From an uncultured Bacteroidales bacterium (lineage in GTDB: Bacteria; Bacteroidota; Bacteroidia; Bacteroidales; UBA932), in contig CAMNNY010000144.1 of assembly GCA_946546175.1 (NCBI GenBank), forward strand, positions 1-44,266: a stretch of DNA of 44,266 nt, given 5' to 3'. Both the position numbers and the translations under genes were made by a program. The notes beneath the pieces are model-generated. The model had not been told where the DNA came from, did no database searches, and saw only the letters and a list, made by a program, of their open reading frames with translations. Below are positions 41,045 through 44,266 of this stretch, one piece after another (position 1 is the stretch's first letter; each line of letters begins with the position of its first letter).

Positions 41045-42879
41045 TCGAGAAGTTCGCGGGCGATTTCGGGGGCGTCGGGGCTGAGCCCGGAGGCAGGGTC
41101 GGCGAGGTAGGCTTTCAGTTCGTCTTCGGTCCAGTCAGGATGGGCTGAGAACCATGCGCGAAGGAGCTTGCGGGTCTCCGAGCGCCGGCGAAGGCACACG
41201 TCGCATGTTCCGCAATCCGGCGCATCTTCCTGACCGAAATAGCGCAGAAGGTAGCTCGAGCGGCACTTATCAGTCTGCCGCACATAATCCGAGATAGCTT
41301 CCGCCCGATTGTGGGCAGCATCCTTGAGCATATTGTAACGCTGCATCTGCAGGTCGAGATTGCCGGGAGCCAAACGGTTGTGCCTAAGGGCTACGATCGT
41401 ACTGGTGTCGCAGGGCACGTACCGTATGATGTGGGCTACCGACAGCTCATAGAGAGTCTGCCTCAGAACCGGCACCGTGACCCCGAGCCTTCGGCAGACA
41501 TATTCCTCATCGATGGGGACGGGATAGCTGAATATGCCCGTGTAGAGGCGCATAAGGGTCTCCAGAAGGCTCACATGGAGGGCTCCGCCGAGGTCGATTT
41601 CGTAGAGACTCTGGCGGTCGGGGACTATCTTGATGCGGGTGGGTATGTCGACATCTTCGCTGTAGACGATGTGCCCTGAGGTCTCGAGATAGCGAAGCGC
41701 GTAGTGGACGCTCGAGCGGCTTAGACGCCAGCGGGTGCAGAAGTCTTCGATGGAGAACTTGAGTTCGCGCCCCTCTCCCGCCTCGTAGGGTATTCCGTAG
41801 GTGATATGGAGCTTCTGGTAGACATCCTCGATATATTCCTTTTTGGGGAAGCTGACGCTCTCGAGGCGCTGCAGGCGCTCGATGTCCTTGTCGCTCCAAA
41901 GCAGCACGGCATACGAGCGCAGGCCGTCTCTTCCGGCTCTGCCGGCCTCCTGGAAATAAGCTTCGGGCGAATCGGGCAGCTCGCAGTGGATGACGAAGCG
42001 CACGTCGGGTTTGTCGATGCCCATGCCAAAGGCGTTGGTACAGACCATCACACGGGTGCTGCCGCTCTTCCACGCTTCCTGCTTGCGGCTGCGGGTCGAC
42101 GACGCGAGCCCGGCGTGGTAGAAGTCCGCCTCGACTCCCCCGCTGCGCAGCTGCGTGGCAAGCTGCTCGCACCCCCTGCGGCTGCGCATGTAGACGATGC
42201 CGGTGCCGGGCACGGAATTGCAGATGGAGAGGATCTGGCCGAGCTTGTCCTCGCACTCGCGGACGACGTAGGAGAGGTTGGGACGGGAGAAGTCCGACTT
42301 CAGAAGCAGCGGCCCGCGGAAACGGAGCTTGTCCATGATGTCGGTGCATACCTCGGGGGTGGCGGTGGCCGTAAGGGCGATGACAGGAGCATCGATGAGC
42401 TCACGCAGAGCCCCTATCTGGAGGTAGTCAGGCCGGAAGTCGTAGCCCCACTGCGAGATGCAGTGAGCTTCGTCGACGACTATGAGCGAGACCGGCAGGA
42501 TGTCGATATAGGAGCGGAAGAGCGAAGTCGACAGACGCTCGGGCGAGACGTACAGGAACTTGAAGTCGCCGTAGGCCGCATTGTTCAGGGCATTGTCCAC
42601 TTCCCTTCTGTCCATGCCGGCATGGATGGCGAGGGCCTTGATTCCTCTGGCGGCGAGGTTCTGGACCTGATCTTTCATCAGGGCGACGAGCGGAGTGACC
42701 ACGAGGGCAAGCCCGTCGCGCATCATCGCAGGCACCTGGAAGCATACCGACTTGCCGCCTCCGGTGGGGAGAACGGCGAGGACATCCTTCCCGGCAAGGG
42801 CAGTTTCTATGATCTGCTCCTGCATCGGGCGGAAGGACTCGTGCCCCCAATAATGCCGTAATACTTCGATCGGTGTCAT
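41041..42879 (-). CDS. recQ: RecQ-family ATP-dependent DNA helicase (no HRDC domain)
   Basis: [41 protein letters not shown] and a Zn site CRS...CGTCDVC. Confidence 0.92.
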   Translation of the reverse strand: MTPIEVLRHYWGHESFRPMQEQIIETALAGKDVLAVLPTGGGKSVCFQVPAMMRDGLALVVTPLVALMKDQVQNLAARGIKALAIHAGMDRREVDNALNNAAYGDFKFLYVSPERLSTSLFRSYIDILPVSLIVVDEAHCISQWGYDFRPDYLQIGALRELIDAPVIALTATATPEVCTDIMDKLRFRGPLLLKSDFSRPNLSYVVRECEDKLGQILSICNSVPGTGIVYMRSRRGCEQLATQLRSGGVEADFYHAGLASSTRSRKQEAWKSGSTRVMVCTNAFGMGIDKPDVRFVIHCELPDSPEAYFQEAGRAGRDGLRSYAVLLWSDKDIERLQRLESVSFPKKEYIEDVYQKLHITYGIPYEAGEGRELKFSIEDFCTRWRLSRSSVHYALRYLETSGHIVYSEDVDIPTRIKIVPDRQSLYEIDLGGALHVSLLETLMRLYTGIFSYPVPIDEEYVCRRLGVTVPVLRQTLYELSVAHIIRYVPCDTSTIVALRHNRLAPGNLDLQMQRYNMLKDAAHNRAEAISDYVRQTDKCRSSYLLRYFGQEDAPDCGTCDVCLRRRSETRKLLRAWFSAHPDWTEDELKAYLADPASGLSPDAPEIARELLD

Positions 42880-42986
42880 CTCTGCAAAAATACCAAATAG
42901 TTAGGACTTGTCTATTACCAAATTTATGCTAAATTTGCACTGCCTTTCAGAAAGACAGTAAAAACAACATTTTTTCTTACAATATT

Positions 42987-44266
42987 ATGGCAAAAATCGA
43001 TCTCAGCAAGTACGGTATTACCGGCGTAACCGAAATCCTCTACAACCCCACTTATGAGGTTCTCTACAACGAGGAGACCAAACCCGGTCTCGAAGGCTAC
43101 GACAAAGGTGTAGTTACCGAACTCGGCGCAATCAACGTCATGACCGGCATCTATACCGGCCGTTCCCCTAAGGACAAATACATCGTCATGGACGAGAACT
43201 CCAAGGACACCGTTTGGTGGACTTCCGAGGAGTACAAAAACGACAACCACCCCCTGAGCCAGGAGAACTGGAAGGTTCTCAAGGACCTCGCCCTCAAGCA
43301 GCTCAGCGGCAAGAGGCTGTTCGTCGTCGACGGCTTCTGCGGCACCCACAAGGACACCCGCATGAAGGTCCGCTTCATCATGGAGGTAGCATGGCAGGCC
43401 CACTTCGTGACCAACATGTTCATCCGTCCTCAGAACCAGGCCGAGTTCGATCAGGAGCCCGACTTCATTGTCTACGCAGCTTCCAAGGCCAAGGTAGAGA
43501 ACTACAAGGAGATGGGCCTCAACTCCGAGACCGCTGTCGCTTTCAACGTGACCAGCAAGGAGCAGGTTATCCTCAACACATGGTACGGCGGCGAGATGAA
43601 GAAGGGTATGTTCTCGATGCAGAACTACTTCCTTCCCCTCAAGGGCATCGCTTCGATGCACTGCTCGGCCAACACCGACATGAACGGCGAGAACACCGCC
43701 ATCTTCTTCGGCCTCTCCGGAACCGGTAAGACCACCCTCTCGACCGACCCTAAGCGCCTCCTCATCGGTGACGACGAGCACGGCTGGGACGACGAAGGCG
43801 TCTTCAACCTCGAAGGCGGCTGCTACGCCAAGGTCATCAACCTCGACAAAGAGTCTGAGCCCGATATCTACAACGCCATCCGCCGCGACGCCCTTCTCGA
43901 GAACGTCACAGTCGACGAGAACGGCAAGATCGACTTCGCAGACAAGAGCGTAACCGAGAACACCCGCGTCTCCTACCCTATCTACCACATCAACAAGATC
44001 GTCCGCCCTTATTCCCAGGGTCCTGCAGCCAAGCAGGTGATCTTCCTGTCGGCAGATGCTTTCGGAGTTCTCCCTCCGGTTTCGATCCTCACCCCCGAGC
44101 AGACCAAGTACTACTTCCTCTCCGGCTTCACAGCTAAGCTTGCAGGTACTGAGCGCGGTATCACCGAGCCCACTCCCACCTTCTCCGCTTGCTTCGGCCA
44201 GGCTTTCCTCGAGCTTCATCCTACGAAGTACGCTGAGGAGCTCGTGAAGAAGATGCAGAAGAGCGG
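42987..44266 (+). CDS. pckA: Phosphoenolpyruvate carboxykinase (ATP), 5' portion
   Basis: From ATG 42987: [11 protein letters not shown]...[47 protein letters not shown] and ENTRVSYP. Runs off the window edge. TAAATTTG box at 42930-42937. Confidence 0.96.
   Translation, partial: MAKIDLSKYGITGVTEILYNPTYEVLYNEETKPGLEGYDKGVVTELGAINVMTGIYTGRSPKDKYIVMDENSKDTVWWTSEEYKNDNHPLSQENWKVLKDLALKQLSGKRLFVVDGFCGTHKDTRMKVRFIMEVAWQAHFVTNMFIRPQNQAEFDQEPDFIVYAASKAKVENYKEMGLNSETAVAFNVTSKEQVILNTWYGGEMKKGMFSMQNYFLPLKGIASMHCSANTDMNGENTAIFFGLSGTGKTTLSTDPKRLLIGDDEHGWDDEGVFNLEGGCYAKVINLDKESEPDIYNAIRRDALLENVTVDENGKIDFADKSVTENTRVSYPIYHINKIVRPYSQGPAAKQVIFLSADAFGVLPPVSILTPEQTKYYFLSGFTAKLAGTERGITEPTPTFSACFGQAFLELHPTKYAEELVKKMQKS

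Noticed and set aside
42924-44219. 431-aa minus-strand ORF
   Set aside because: It is the antisense shadow of pckA, which is missing from the ORF track only because it lacks a stop codon within the window.

Overview
Compact, mostly housekeeping window from a GC-rich Bacteroidales genome. The taxon is inferred from repeated TAnnTTTG -7 promoter boxes, a UpxY gene and Bacteroidales-type proteins. In order: the 3' end of a purine nucleoside phosphorylase, upxY-zapB-like-zapA-6S RNA-rny, nadE, a 5'-nucleotidase/CpdB lipoprotein with an outer-membrane protein, ffh, an accessory islet, gdh, SIMPL, nitroreductase, aminotransferase, rfbB, yebC, a TPR protein, S41 protease, GT2, tex, tRNA-Thr(CGT), two divergent GH2 beta-galactosidases, an FAD oxidoreductase, tsaD, tamB, an RsmI-like methylase, folB, mtaB, an MBL hydrolase, recQ and the 5' part of pckA. 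The best candidate for an undescribed system is the islet at about 8.9-12.1 kb. It holds an 11-bp tandem array, a REPIN-like double palindrome, an unknown 117-aa gene co-transcribed with a RAYT-like HUH (Y1) nuclease, and a divergent pair of LuxR regulators with an identical recognition helix flanking a palindromic operator. Other notable points are a NadE with an apparently dead glutaminase domain, an orphan and probably leaderless UpxY upstream of a 6S RNA/terminator/RNase Y unit, and many promoters placed 5-8 nt before the ATG. All calls come from reading the sequence and recalled motifs; no searches were run.
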